Of a stretch of 64,000 nucleotides of DNA, positions 42,034 to 51,715 are shown in pieces (position 1 is the stretch's first letter; every line of letters begins with the position of its first letter). The position numbers and the translations under genes were made by a program. Under the pieces are notes generated by a model, which had not been told where the DNA came from, did not search any database, and was given only the letters and a program-made list of their open reading frames with translations. The stretch spans positions 896,001 to 960,000 of the forward strand of contig CAVUCU010000001.1 in NCBI GenBank assembly GCA_963740085.1, written 5' to 3'. The DNA is from Nitrospirota bacterium. Its GTDB lineage: Bacteria > Nitrospirota > UBA9217.

Positions 42034-44727
42034 TCACTTCGACATCTCCCGGAGGGTCTCTTCAAGCTCCTTCAGGTGCTTGCCGTACCCGGTCCAGTCC
42101 TCTTTCCGAAGCGCTTCCCGTGCCTCGCGCAGCTGTTCCAGCGCCCGGGAGCCCAGTTCTCTGGGTTGTCGCACTGCCGCGGTCGCTCCGGACTCCATCA
42201 TCCGCCTGCTGGGCAGGCTGCCGCTGAACAGACGCTGGATCGAGGCCTCAAGAGTCTCTTCCATCACCACATCGTTCCCGTAGGCAACGATGACCCTGCG
42301 AAGTTCGGGCAGGCCTCCCTTGTCCGTGGCCACGAGGTAGAGCGGCTGGACATAGATGAGCGAATCTTCCAGGGGGATGATCAGGAGGCTGCCGCGGATC
42401 ACATCGGAGCCCCGTTGACCCCAGAGCGTGAGCTGCTGCGAGATAAAGGCATCCTGGTCGATGCGGGCGTCGATCTGGCGGGGTCCGAAGATCAAGCGGT
42501 CCCGCGGGAAGGTATAGACGATGACCTTGCCGTAGTTCTCACCGTCGCATCGAGCCGCCATCCAGGCCGCCAGGTTGTCCCGCTTCGACGGTGTGAACGG
42601 CAGCAGAAGGATGAACTCTTCCGCCTTGCCCCCCGGGAGCTTCGTAATGAGGTAGTAGGGATCCATGGTCGTCTGACGGTACGACGGGACCTCCCAGAGG
42701 TCCTCCTTGTTGTAGAAAACCGCAGGGTCTGTCATGTGGAACGTCTTGAACATCTGCGCCTGGATCTGGAGCAGCGCCCGCGGGTACCGAATGTGGCGCC
42801 TGAGGTCCGGGGGCATCTCGGAGACAGGCCTGAACAGGGTCGGGAAGACCGCGGCGTAGGTTTTCGCAAGGATGTCTTTCTGGTCCACCACATAGAACAC
42901 GACGCTGCCGTCATAGGCGTCCACGACCACCTTGATCGAGTTGCGGATATAGTTGGCCCCTCCGGCAAGGGGTTTCGAATAGGGAAGGTTGCTGCTCCTG
43001 GTGTAGGCATCGATGATCCAGGACAACCGACCGTTGTCGCCGATGACCATGTAGGGATCGGAATCGAAGGAGAGGAACGGCGCGATCTCCATCACCCGTT
43101 TCATGACCGAGCGGTTAAAGAGTATCCGGCTTTCGTTCGTCACATCGCTCGACAAGAAGATATTGAAGTTTCCGAAGTAGGCGGCATAGAGCAAACGCGA
43201 CAGGATCGAGGAGAGCCGGACTCCCCCGCTGCCCGAGTAGACGGTATAGACGTTCTCCTTTGTCGTTGGGTAGCTGAACTCCCTGGTCTTCGTGTTCACG
43301 ATCACGTAGTCGTTCGGGCTTTCACCGTAGTAGATCTCGGGACGCTTTACCTGCGGCCCCGCACTCGTGACGGGCGGGATGTCCTTGATGAAGAACTCCG
43401 GCAGACCTTCCTTCGTGATGCCGCTCACCGGCCCCATTGCCAGTCCGAAGCCGTGCGTGAAGACGAGCCGCTCGTTGATCCAGGACTTGTTCGGCAGATC
43501 TGCATAGGAGAGCTCCCGGGGCGACAGCATGACCTGCAGATAACTGCCATTTACGGTGTAGCGATCATTGTCCACGTCCCGGAAGTGGTAGTAGGTCCGG
43601 ATCTGCTGCAGCTGACTGTAGGTCTTGAGCAGCGGCTCCTCGTCCCAGAGCCGGATGTTCCGGATCGTAGAAAGGTTCTTCCTGATATCGGTGAAGGTAA
43701 GCTGTTTGTCAGCGGCAAAGGGCTGGAGCTCAATATTTTCCAGGTCGTAGCCGAAGCGGGTGAACCTGATATGATCGGCGAGAAACGGCAGCTCGAGAAC
43801 GCTCTCGTTCGGCGAGACCTGGAAGCGCTGGATCGTCGAGGGATAGACCGTCAGCCCCAGGATGTATACGCCGGCAAGCACGACGATCGTGATGAGCGGC
43901 AGGGCAAGGGAGCGGCGCGCGGCAAAGAGAGGGATGATGATCGCCGCAACGACCGAGAGCACGGACATGACCGCAAGCATGGTCAGCCGCACATGCACAT
44001 CAGTGTACGAGGCCCCGTACAGGACCCCGTGCTCGGTCGTGAGCAATCCGAAGCGGTCGAAGACAAAGCCGATGCCGAGCGAGAGCAGAAACAACGATGC
44101 CAGCACCCCGAGGTGACGTTTCATGAAGGGGTCCGCGGAGAAGAACCTGCCCGAGAGCACGATGCCGCCCCGAAGAAGATAGACCGCGGTCGTCAGGACC
44201 ATGGCGATCACGAGCAGGCTGCGCACCATGGTGTTCATCGCGTCAAGAAAGGGATAGCGGAAGAGATAGAACGAGATGTCCCTGCCAAAGAGCGGATCAA
44301 CGAGACCCGCAGGCATGCTGTTCAGGAACAGGAGCGCCTGCTCCCAGTACTGCGTACCGATCGGGAAGGCGAGCACGAACGCGAGAAGCGCTGCCAGATA
44401 CGAGATCCCTTTCATCAGCCGGTTCAGGTCGAGGTGCTGCAATTGCGGTACGCTTTCCCAGAGGGGGTTCACCATTCCGGACGGAAGCGCGCGCTTTCCG
44501 GCGATAAGGAGATTGATGAAGACCGTGAGAAAGGCAGTCAGGCCGAACACGAGACCCATCAGCAGTTTTGCAGTGAAGGTCTTCGTAAAGACCGCTTCAA
44601 AGCCGACTTCGCGGAAGAACTGCCAGTCCACCAGGAATGAAACGATCTCCCGGGCCCCTGCAAGGAGAATGACGGCTGAGACAACGATAACAATGAGGAT
44701 TTTGTTACCCGGTGTTTTTATATTCAT
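42034..44727 (-). CDS. UPF0182 family membrane protein
   Basis: DPLFGRDISFYLF, GASYTD, NIRLWD, QQIRTYY, FTHGFG, NYIRNSIK, YVQPLY, PELRRV. Confidence 0.93.
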   Translation of the reverse strand: MNIKTPGNKILIVIVVSAVILLAGAREIVSFLVDWQFFREVGFEAVFTKTFTAKLLMGLVFGLTAFLTVFINLLIAGKRALPSGMVNPLWESVPQLQHLDLNRLMKGISYLAALLAFVLAFPIGTQYWEQALLFLNSMPAGLVDPLFGRDISFYLFRYPFLDAMNTMVRSLLVIAMVLTTAVYLLRGGIVLSGRFFSADPFMKRHLGVLASLFLLSLGIGFVFDRFGLLTTEHGVLYGASYTDVHVRLTMLAVMSVLSVVAAIIIPLFAARRSLALPLITIVVLAGVYILGLTVYPSTIQRFQVSPNESVLELPFLADHIRFTRFGYDLENIELQPFAADKQLTFTDIRKNLSTIRNIRLWDEEPLLKTYSQLQQIRTYYHFRDVDNDRYTVNGSYLQVMLSPRELSYADLPNKSWINERLVFTHGFGLAMGPVSGITKEGLPEFFIKDIPPVTSAGPQVKRPEIYYGESPNDYVIVNTKTREFSYPTTKENVYTVYSGSGGVRLSSILSRLLYAAYFGNFNIFLSSDVTNESRILFNRSVMKRVMEIAPFLSFDSDPYMVIGDNGRLSWIIDAYTRSSNLPYSKPLAGGANYIRNSIKVVVDAYDGSVVFYVVDQKDILAKTYAAVFPTLFRPVSEMPPDLRRHIRYPRALLQIQAQMFKTFHMTDPAVFYNKEDLWEVPSYRQTTMDPYYLITKLPGGKAEEFILLLPFTPSKRDNLAAWMAARCDGENYGKVIVYTFPRDRLIFGPRQIDARIDQDAFISQQLTLWGQRGSDVIRGSLLIIPLEDSLIYVQPLYLVATDKGGLPELRRVIVAYGNDVVMEETLEASIQRLFSGSLPSRRMMESGATAAVRQPRELGSRALEQLREAREALRKEDWTGYGKHLKELEETLREMSK

Positions 44728-44894
44728 TCTGTTGCCTCCTCGTACGCATGTAGATGGAAAGAGTTTCGTGCTGTCCTGCCGTAACTGTAGCCGATTTTTC
44801 CCGCTGTGGCAAGGGAAAGCGACCGGGCGGGCTCAAAGAAGATTTGAATGAAAGACGAACGGCAGGCAAAACCCGAGACAACTACTGCTTCATC

Positions 44895-45707
44895 CTAAAA
44901 ATATTCGTCATGTCGAGCTCCGACAACATGGTGGACGATCTCCCACGACGTCTCCTCAATGGATTTATTCGTCGTATCGACGACTGTCCAGTTCCCGTGT
45001 TTCTTGACGAGGCCCCTGACATACTCCACCTCGGCAAAGACCTTCCTGAAATCGTTGTAGCTCGGTTTGAGCCGGGAATTTTTTTGACGCACTGTTCTTA
45101 TCTTTTGGAGGACCTCGGGATCGATGATGAGGCAGACGATCTTGTGCTGGTCGATCTCGAAGAGCTCTTCCGGCAAAGGGATCTCCGGAACGATCGGGAC
45201 ATTAGCGACCTTGTAACCCTCCTGGGCCAGGTAAAAAGAGGTCGGGGTCTTGGATGTCCGCGAGAGGCCGACGAGGACGATATCCGCTTCCTTCAGGCGC
45301 TCGGCGCCCCTGCCGTCGTCGTGCCCAAGGGTATACTCTATCGCATCGATACGCTTGAAATACCGCTCATCCACCTTCCTGAGCAGGGTCGGGGTCTCGA
45401 GCGGGTCGAGCTGGAGATAGGCGGAGAGATTTTTAATGAGCGGGCCCAGAATATCAAGATGGTAAATCACGTTCTTCAGGCAGAATGCGTGGGCATAGTC
45501 CCTCATCTCTTTTCTGACAAAGGTAAAAGCGATGAGGGCCTTGTCCTTCCTGGCCTTGTCGAGGATCGTTTTGAGCTCCGCCTTTGAATCGATATTATGG
45601 AAGACCATCATCTTTGCGCGCGCGTGTTCGAACTGCACGATGGCCGCCCTCAGTATGTGCAGACCGCTTTGACCGGTGGCATCGGAAATAATGTAAATTT
45701 TTTTCAC
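44895..45707 (-). CDS. pyruvate,water dikinase / PPDK regulatory kinase-pyrophosphorylase (DUF299)
   Basis: ISDATG, YFKRIDAIEY..HDDG, GLSRTSKTP, ANVP, KSIEET. Confidence 0.93.
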   Translation of the reverse strand: MKKIYIISDATGQSGLHILRAAIVQFEHARAKMMVFHNIDSKAELKTILDKARKDKALIAFTFVRKEMRDYAHAFCLKNVIYHLDILGPLIKNLSAYLQLDPLETPTLLRKVDERYFKRIDAIEYTLGHDDGRGAERLKEADIVLVGLSRTSKTPTSFYLAQEGYKVANVPIVPEIPLPEELFEIDQHKIVCLIIDPEVLQKIRTVRQKNSRLKPSYNDFRKVFAEVEYVRGLVKKHGNWTVVDTTNKSIEETSWEIVHHVVGARHDEYF

Positions 45708-45750
45708 GGTCTTCTCCTCCTTGTTTTTTGCTCACAGAGTGTCAAGATCT

Positions 45751-45840
45751 ACCACAGAACTCACGAAGAGAAGGAACGCCTCCGTGCCCAAACTCAATGT
45801 GTTTGGGTTTTCCCCGGCCATTTCTCAGTGCCTCCGTGGT
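45751..45840. repeat. REP-like inverted repeat element overlapping the hydrolase 3' end
   Basis: ACCACAGAACTCACGAAG ... CTCAGTGCCTCCGTGGT. Confidence 0.6.
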
Positions 45841-46676
45841 TTGGTTTTTTGCACCTCTTCCTGAGAGAAGCTTCTACTTTCCTGCCAGTCCGTGATCGCC
45901 GCCGCAAATTCCTTCGGCCGTTCCAACTGAGGCATATGGCCTGCACCTTCGATCGTAACAAGCCTTGCCCCGGGTATCCATTTCTGCAACGCCTGAGCCT
46001 GCTTCATTGTAGCCAGGCCGTCCTGAGCGCCCCACACCAGCAGCGTCGGAACAGACGGCTTCGCCAGGGGCTTCGTCATGTTCATGGCAATGTCAAAAGA
46101 GATCCTCGAATAGGCAGGTGCATTCTCCAGTATATTTTCAAAGAACCCGGCAGGCAGTTTGGAACGGTCGGCAAAGGATCGTTTCAGTGTCTGCAGAGAA
46201 AAGGTGAGGTGACGAATGAACCGGTGAAATACCTGGTTCACGACCGGCAGGGCAATGATCTTCCTGATCGGACCCGGAATAAGCGGCATGTACCCTCCGT
46301 TCACGAGTACGAGGAGGGAGACCGCCTTCGGGTAATCGTTTGCAAATTGGATGGCCACTGCCGCGCCTAAGGAATTTCCCACAATGATCACCCGGTCCAG
46401 ATGCAGTGTGTCGGTGAGTTCCTTGAGCTTCTTTGCCATGCCGGAGAGAGACGATTCAAGCAGTTGGGCAGATCGCCCGAATCCCGGGAGGTCAGGTGCA
46501 ACGACCGTGCAGGAGAGGGAAAGCTGCTCCCAGGTGCGGCCCCAGGACATCTCGGCATCCCCCCATGCTGCGTGGATCAGCAAGAGTCCGGGACCTGTCC
46601 CGCCTTTCCAGAAGCGTATTCCGTGCCCGGAGAGGGCGATGTCCTGTGATTGCACTGTTTGGGAACCTTCCTGCAT
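45825..46676 (-). CDS. alpha/beta fold hydrolase
   Basis: APDLPGFGRS, GNSLG nucleophile elbow, WGAQD, GAGH. Confidence 0.9.
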   Translation of the reverse strand: MQEGSQTVQSQDIALSGHGIRFWKGGTGPGLLLIHAAWGDAEMSWGRTWEQLSLSCTVVAPDLPGFGRSAQLLESSLSGMAKKLKELTDTLHLDRVIIVGNSLGAAVAIQFANDYPKAVSLLVLVNGGYMPLIPGPIRKIIALPVVNQVFHRFIRHLTFSLQTLKRSFADRSKLPAGFFENILENAPAYSRISFDIAMNMTKPLAKPSVPTLLVWGAQDGLATMKQAQALQKWIPGARLVTIEGAGHMPQLERPKEFAAAITDWQESRSFSQEEVQKTKPRRH

Positions 46677-46751
46677 GACATTCTCCGTATCGTCCTCAGA
46701 CAGGTTTGGTCAGTAATAAATAAAATGCCTCTCAGTGTGAAAAAATATATA

Positions 46752-46909
46752 ACCGCGAAGTCGCGAAGAACGCGAAGAAAGGTAAAAGATTCTTCCTCAG
46801 ATACAATGAAGCAAAACCAATATCTTTGAACCACAGAGACGCTGAGGACTTTAAATTTATTATTGTTGAGCCCAGGCCTTGCCATGCTTTTCTCTGCGTC
46901 TCTGCAGTG
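46752..46909. repeat. REP-like repeat cluster
   Basis: ACCGCGAAGTCGCGAAGAACGCGAAG and ACCACAGAGACGCTGAG...CTCTGCGTCTCTGCAGT. Confidence 0.6.
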
Positions 46910-46995
46910 ACTCTTTTAAACAAAAGCTGTCTCCTTTGCGCTTCTTTCCCGGTGGATCGTTCCCGTCCTGACCAGGCCGGTCAAAATATCCCGAA

Positions 46996-47202
46996 TCACT
47001 TTCGATCTTCCTTACCCCTCTCCGCCGGAACGACCGCGCCCTTTTTGACGGCTTCATCATATTTCCGCTGCGCATGATGAGAGGCCGGCGCCGCGGGATC
47101 GAGCGGAGCGAACGTTCCGCAGCTGCTCAGGATTGATGCAGCCATGATGGCAGGCACTATGCGCCTGGTCAGATGAATGCTCAATAGTATTCTCTCCTCC
47201 AT
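46996..47202 (-). CDS. possible small lipoprotein or gene remnant
   Basis: RBS AAGGAG, hydrophobic stretch and LSSC lipobox; short. Confidence 0.35.
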   Translation of the reverse strand: MEERILLSIHLTRRIVPAIMAASILSSCGTFAPLDPAAPASHHAQRKYDEAVKKGAVVPAERGKEDRK

Positions 47203-47236
47203 TGCTTTTGACTCCTTGCCCCCGCCCCCGGTTTTT

Positions 47237-47713
47237 TCACTCCACCACCCAGACCGCGCAGTTCTTTGCCTCATGCATGATTTTGCTTGATGTGCTGCCG
47301 AAGAGGAATTCCGCGGACTTCGATTTATGGTGCCGTCCGACGACAACGGTGCAACAGCTGAGCCCGCACTGGGACTGAAGAATGGCCTCGGACAGGGCCT
47401 TCCTTTCGTTCACGCACGACCGGACCCGTACCTTGTCCTCGGGAAACCCGGACTGTATCAGGATCTGCCGATAGTTCTCAAGCATCTTGTTCGCCTCTTC
47501 CATCTTCTGCCTGGTCCAGGCGACCTTCTCCTCCCCGCTATCGAAGAAATCCTCTTCCGGCTCCGGAACGATGGAGAGGAGCGTGACCCGGAACCCGGGA
47601 AATCCACCGAGAAAATCGGCGACATAGAGCACGGCGCGCTTTGAATTATCGGTCAGGTCAACAGCAACCAGAAGATGCTTGTCCTTTACAGGCGTTTCTT
47701 TTTCGGTCTGCAT
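47237..47713 (-). CDS. universal stress protein
   Basis: LLVAVDLTDNSKRA, TVVVGRH, FLFGSTSSKI, AVWVVE. Confidence 0.92.
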   Translation of the reverse strand: MQTEKETPVKDKHLLVAVDLTDNSKRAVLYVADFLGGFPGFRVTLLSIVPEPEEDFFDSGEEKVAWTRQKMEEANKMLENYRQILIQSGFPEDKVRVRSCVNERKALSEAILQSQCGLSCCTVVVGRHHKSKSAEFLFGSTSSKIMHEAKNCAVWVVE

Positions 47714-47830
47714 GACGATACTCCTTTCAGTTGATACGGACCACGTAGCATGAACTCAAAGAGGATGTGCGAAACAAAATATTATTCGTCGGCTTATTGA
47801 TATTCATCTTCGTGATTGGTCACTTGAGCT

Positions 47831-48823
47831 TTAACAGGCGGCCTTTTCAATAAGTTCCTCCCTCGCCTCTCCCACGTCCTCAAGCAGTTCCCGCGTCTCC
47901 TCATAATAGAGCGGCGCACTCAGGGCAAAGTGCATCAGTACCCGGTTCAGCTTTTCCGGAATGTAGGGATAGATCTTTTTGAGATTGTTCACCCGATTGT
48001 GGAACACGATGTTCACATCGTCCTCGGTCAGGCGGTCAAACGCCTCGGGGGCCTCCCGAAGCAGCTGGTACGTGGTGATGTCACCGCGTCCGGTGATGAA
48101 GAGCAGGACATTGCCGAGACCAAAGAGATCATATCCAAAACGGCTCTCGCCGTGCTGGTAGTTGAAATCGAAGTCGATCCAGCGGTATCTGCCTGTCGTC
48201 GTGTCTTTGATGATATGGTCCCGTCTGATGTCCCCGTGCTTCTCCCCGTTCTCGTGCAGGAACCGGATGGCCTCGATGACCTGGATGAATTCGTCGAGCA
48301 GGGCCGGGTAGTAGTTGAAGAAGAAATCTTCGTGGTCCTTCCCCATCGCAAGGGCATTCTGGCCCAGCGTCTTGCCCTGGATATAGTCCAGGACGCGGAG
48401 CTGGTTCCCTGCTGAATCGAGCACCGTCTCGCCCTGCATGAACTCCGGCCGACCGCGCACCAGTTCGAGGATGCGCGCCTCCTTCTGGGGGCTGCGCACG
48501 CATTCGAATACCAGGTCCCCGATCCTGGCCTGGAACCGCTCCTTGAATACCCATTTCAATATCTTGACATCGCCCGTGAGGAGCTGGCGGGCGCGCTTGA
48601 CCCAGAACTTCTGCTCGTCATCGATGCCGAACCTGCCTTCGCGCTCATTGTTCCGTACAAAATAAGGAATGCCGCGCAGCACCACAACATCGTCATAATC
48701 CACGCGAAAGAAATCCGAGGTGTCCTTGATCCTCACGTGTTTCGGCACGCGCTCGCGTGGGACCCACTGCCGGATCAAGCGCAACAGTTCTTTCTCCGTG
48801 TACCCGTCATTGCCGGTGACCAT
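47831..48823 (-). CDS. atypical protein kinase-like protein
   Basis: GRFG loop, KILK, FLHENGEKHGDIRRDHII, WIDFD, YDLFGLG. Confidence 0.8.
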   Translation of the reverse strand: MVTGNDGYTEKELLRLIRQWVPRERVPKHVRIKDTSDFFRVDYDDVVVLRGIPYFVRNNEREGRFGIDDEQKFWVKRARQLLTGDVKILKWVFKERFQARIGDLVFECVRSPQKEARILELVRGRPEFMQGETVLDSAGNQLRVLDYIQGKTLGQNALAMGKDHEDFFFNYYPALLDEFIQVIEAIRFLHENGEKHGDIRRDHIIKDTTTGRYRWIDFDFNYQHGESRFGYDLFGLGNVLLFITGRGDITTYQLLREAPEAFDRLTEDDVNIVFHNRVNNLKKIYPYIPEKLNRVLMHFALSAPLYYEETRELLEDVGEAREELIEKAAC

Positions 48824-49191
48824 CCGTCTTCTCCTGCGTATGATTATACCAGACACACTCCGTGAGGAAAATGAAATTCGGAACGCAGCGTTTTAAATCT
48901 GTCAGGAAGCAGGCGAACTGTGTCAGGAGCTTGGAATTCAATAGGCAATACTCATTAGTCATTTCTCAATTATTTCCCCCTCTGTATCGTCCCTCATCCC
49001 TCGCCCCTCGTCCCTCATTGCCCCCTTTCCTGACCCTTATGCCCGTCTCTTGGCGCTTAATTTCCCTAACCAGCAAGCCCTGCTCGTGTTGTTTTCTCTT
49101 GACTTTTCGGGCAAATAAGGCTAATTTTCTCAAGGGATATCACGCACGGCGCAGTTTGGGAAAGCGCGTGCACGGAGAGGCGCTACTACTC

Positions 49192-49950
49192 ATGTCGTAT
49201 CAGATAAAGCTGGAGATATTCGAAGGCCCCATGGACCTTCTCCTGCACCTGATCAAGAAGCACGAACTCGATATCTACTCAATCCCCATCGCACTCATTA
49301 CCCAGCAGTACCTCGAATACATCGACCTCATGAAGAGCCTCGACATGGAGATCGCGGGCGAGTTCCTGGTTATGGCGTCAACGCTCACGCACATCAAATC
49401 AAAGATGATGCTGCCTCCATCCGAAAACACCGAGGGCGAAGACGACGGCACGGATCCCCAGGCCGAACTCATCCGGCGACTCCTCGAATACAAGAGCTAC
49501 AAGGAAGCAGCGGTAACGCTCGAGGACAAGGAAGGGACCTGGTCGCAGGTGTATACGCGGCCATCCGAGACCATGCCGGACGCGTCGAATGACGATGAAC
49601 CACTGCTCTTCGACTTTCACCTCTTCGACCTTCTCGCCGCGCTCAAAGACGTCATGGCGCGGGTTCCCGATTCCAGTTTCGAGATCACGTCCGAGACCGT
49701 CTCAATCACCGAAAAGATATCCCAGATCCTTTCGCGCCTTGAGGCTGTGGACAGCATGCTCTTCCTCGACCTCTTCGACGGAAGCGCGTCCAAGGCTCAG
49801 GTGATCGGCACGTTCCTGGCGCTCCTCGAACTGGTCAAGACCCGCGTGGTAAAGGCGTTCCAGGTCGAGCAGTTCGGCGCGATCCGGATCATGAAGGCCG
49901 TGACCGAGACCCGGGACAGGGATACTGCCACGGGCAACCTGTTCGGGTAA
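49192..49950 (+). CDS. scpA: segregation and condensation protein A (kleisin)
   Basis: FEGPMDLLLHLI, AGEFLVMA, IKSKMMLP, FLALLEL, QVEQFGAI. Confidence 0.95.
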   Translation: MSYQIKLEIFEGPMDLLLHLIKKHELDIYSIPIALITQQYLEYIDLMKSLDMEIAGEFLVMASTLTHIKSKMMLPPSENTEGEDDGTDPQAELIRRLLEYKSYKEAAVTLEDKEGTWSQVYTRPSETMPDASNDDEPLLFDFHLFDLLAALKDVMARVPDSSFEITSETVSITEKISQILSRLEAVDSMLFLDLFDGSASKAQVIGTFLALLELVKTRVVKAFQVEQFGAIRIMKAVTETRDRDTATGNLFG

Positions 49951-49967
49951 ATACAAAAAACTTTATC

Positions 49968-50051
49968 GCCACAGAGACACAGAGAGAACAGAACACCGAA
50001 AAAAAATACTTTTATTAGGTCATTCCCTCCGTGTCTCCGTGCCTCAGTGGT
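49968..50051. repeat. REP-like inverted repeat element
   Basis: GCCACAGAGACACAGAGAG ... CTCCGTGTCTCCGTGCCTCAGTGGT. Confidence 0.7.
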
Positions 50052-50066
50052 AAAAGATTTATTTTT

Positions 50067-50915
50067 ATGAAACCCGACATCAAGGCTCTTGCCGGGGCAA
50101 AAAAATTCGGCGAAATCGAGACGGCGATCTACACGGACCGATCTCTCATCGGCGATCTGGTTGCGCTCCTTGCTGAGAAGAACGGCGATGTCCGTTCCGG
50201 CGTGCTGAACCTGTTGTCGCGCATCGGGTTCGACTACCCGAACGACACCCGGCTGCACCTGCCGACCCTGATCGCACTGCTCGACGACCCGGATATGTTC
50301 ATCAAGATCGACGCGGCGAACGCTGTCGGGAACCTGGGTTTCAGCTTCAAGGACGCGGCTGCCGAAGCCGCCCCCAAATTGAAATTGCTTCTGAACCATG
50401 GGCAGAGCCTCGTGCGTCAGGAAGCGGCCTACGCTCTCGGAAACATCGGATTCGCCCATACGGACCTCGTAAAAGACGCTGTCCCGCGTTTGATCCAGAT
50501 GCTCGAAGGAGGCGATGACGACGAGCGCGAGTCAGCCGCGCACGCCCTGGGCAAGGTTGGCATCAACGCGCCCGAGCTGATCAGGGGGATACTTCCCAAG
50601 CTCGTGGAGGTGCTTGAGTTCTCGAAAGAAGCTACCTGCGGCGGCGTGCTCTTCGCCTTGGGCGCTATCGGACTGCATTATCCAGCGGAAGTGGCAGGCT
50701 TGGTTCCGCGGCTGATGCAATACCTGGACAGCGGCAACCCGAACGCGGTAAAGAACGCCGTGGCCGCGCTCGGGAACATCGGCAGCTCGAACGCGGAGCT
50801 CGTGAAGGATGCTATCCCGAAGATCCGCCAGATCTTGGAGAACGCGACGGACGTCGATGTAAAGATGAACGCCAAGGTGGCGCTCGGGAGACTGGGCGAC
50901 CCTTCGGCGATGTAA
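50067..50915 (+). CDS. HEAT repeat protein
   Basis: About seven 40-aa repeats of the type LI.LL.D....VR..AA.ALG.IG. Confidence 0.88.
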   Translation: MKPDIKALAGAKKFGEIETAIYTDRSLIGDLVALLAEKNGDVRSGVLNLLSRIGFDYPNDTRLHLPTLIALLDDPDMFIKIDAANAVGNLGFSFKDAAAEAAPKLKLLLNHGQSLVRQEAAYALGNIGFAHTDLVKDAVPRLIQMLEGGDDDERESAAHALGKVGINAPELIRGILPKLVEVLEFSKEATCGGVLFALGAIGLHYPAEVAGLVPRLMQYLDSGNPNAVKNAVAALGNIGSSNAELVKDAIPKIRQILENATDVDVKMNAKVALGRLGDPSAM

Positions 50916-50927
50916 AAACAATTTCTA

Positions 50928-51002
50928 ACCACGGAGACACCGAGACACGGAGAAAAAATAAGGTTCCAGAGTATTCCTCCGTGACTTCCGTGCCTCAGAG
51001 GT
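50928..51002. repeat. REP-like inverted repeat element
   Basis: ACCACGGAGACACCGAGACACGGAG ... CTCCGTGACTTCCGTGCCTCAGAGGT. Confidence 0.7.
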
Positions 51003-51031
51003 AATTTCTGGTTAGATTCGAAAGGTTCATC

Positions 51032-51715
51032 GTGGAAGATCACCAACTGAAATCGGCTATCGAGGCGCTTGTTTTCGTCTCGGGTAATCCCCTGTCCCTG
51101 GACAGGCTCAAAGACATATTTGAAGAAGCACCGGCAGAACAGATCGAGGCGCAGCTCCGGCTGCTCCAGCAGGAATACATCGACCGGGGCTCGGGTCTTA
51201 TGCTTGCCGAGGTGGCCGGCGGATACCAGCTCGCTACACGGCCGGAGCTCTTCGGATGGGTCCGAAAATTCAAGACCGTAAAAACAACAACCAGGCTCTC
51301 GAAGCCCGCGCTCGAGACCCTCGCGATCGTGGCGTATAAACAGCCCATCACGCGTTCGGAAGTGGAAGCGATCCGGGGCGTAAATATCGGCGGCATCATG
51401 CGGAACCTCATGGAACGCCGCCTCGTGAAGATCGTGGGCAAGAAGGACGTGCCGGGCAAACCCATGATGTACGGTACAACGCTGGAATTCCTCCAGTACT
51501 TCGGGTTAAAAGACCTCTCCGCCCTTCCGACGCTCAAGGAGTTCCAGGAGCTCGAGGCAGGAGAAGAGGTCATGGAAGAGATCGCCCTGGTTGAGGGAGC
51601 TGATGCGGATGCTTCCCCGTTCGGGGAGACGTCCGCAGAAGAGGCTTTGTCCCCGGAAACGGCTGAAACGGGAACAATGACAACTGCATCGACCGAGGAG
51701 AACGGGACAGGATGA
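51032..51715 (+). CDS. scpB: segregation and condensation protein B (kite)
   Basis: IEALVF, EVAGGYQ, LETLAIVAYKQPITR, YGTT..FLQYFGL. Confidence 0.96.
   Translation: MEDHQLKSAIEALVFVSGNPLSLDRLKDIFEEAPAEQIEAQLRLLQQEYIDRGSGLMLAEVAGGYQLATRPELFGWVRKFKTVKTTTRLSKPALETLAIVAYKQPITRSEVEAIRGVNIGGIMRNLMERRLVKIVGKKDVPGKPMMYGTTLEFLQYFGLKDLSALPTLKEFQELEAGEEVMEEIALVEGADADASPFGETSAEEALSPETAETGTMTTASTEENGTG

Noticed and set aside
42076-44640. 854-aa plus-strand ORF (also 32979-33971, 39789-41192, 44754-45587, 59582-61630)
   Set aside because: Antisense to conserved genes; expected from GC-rich codon usage
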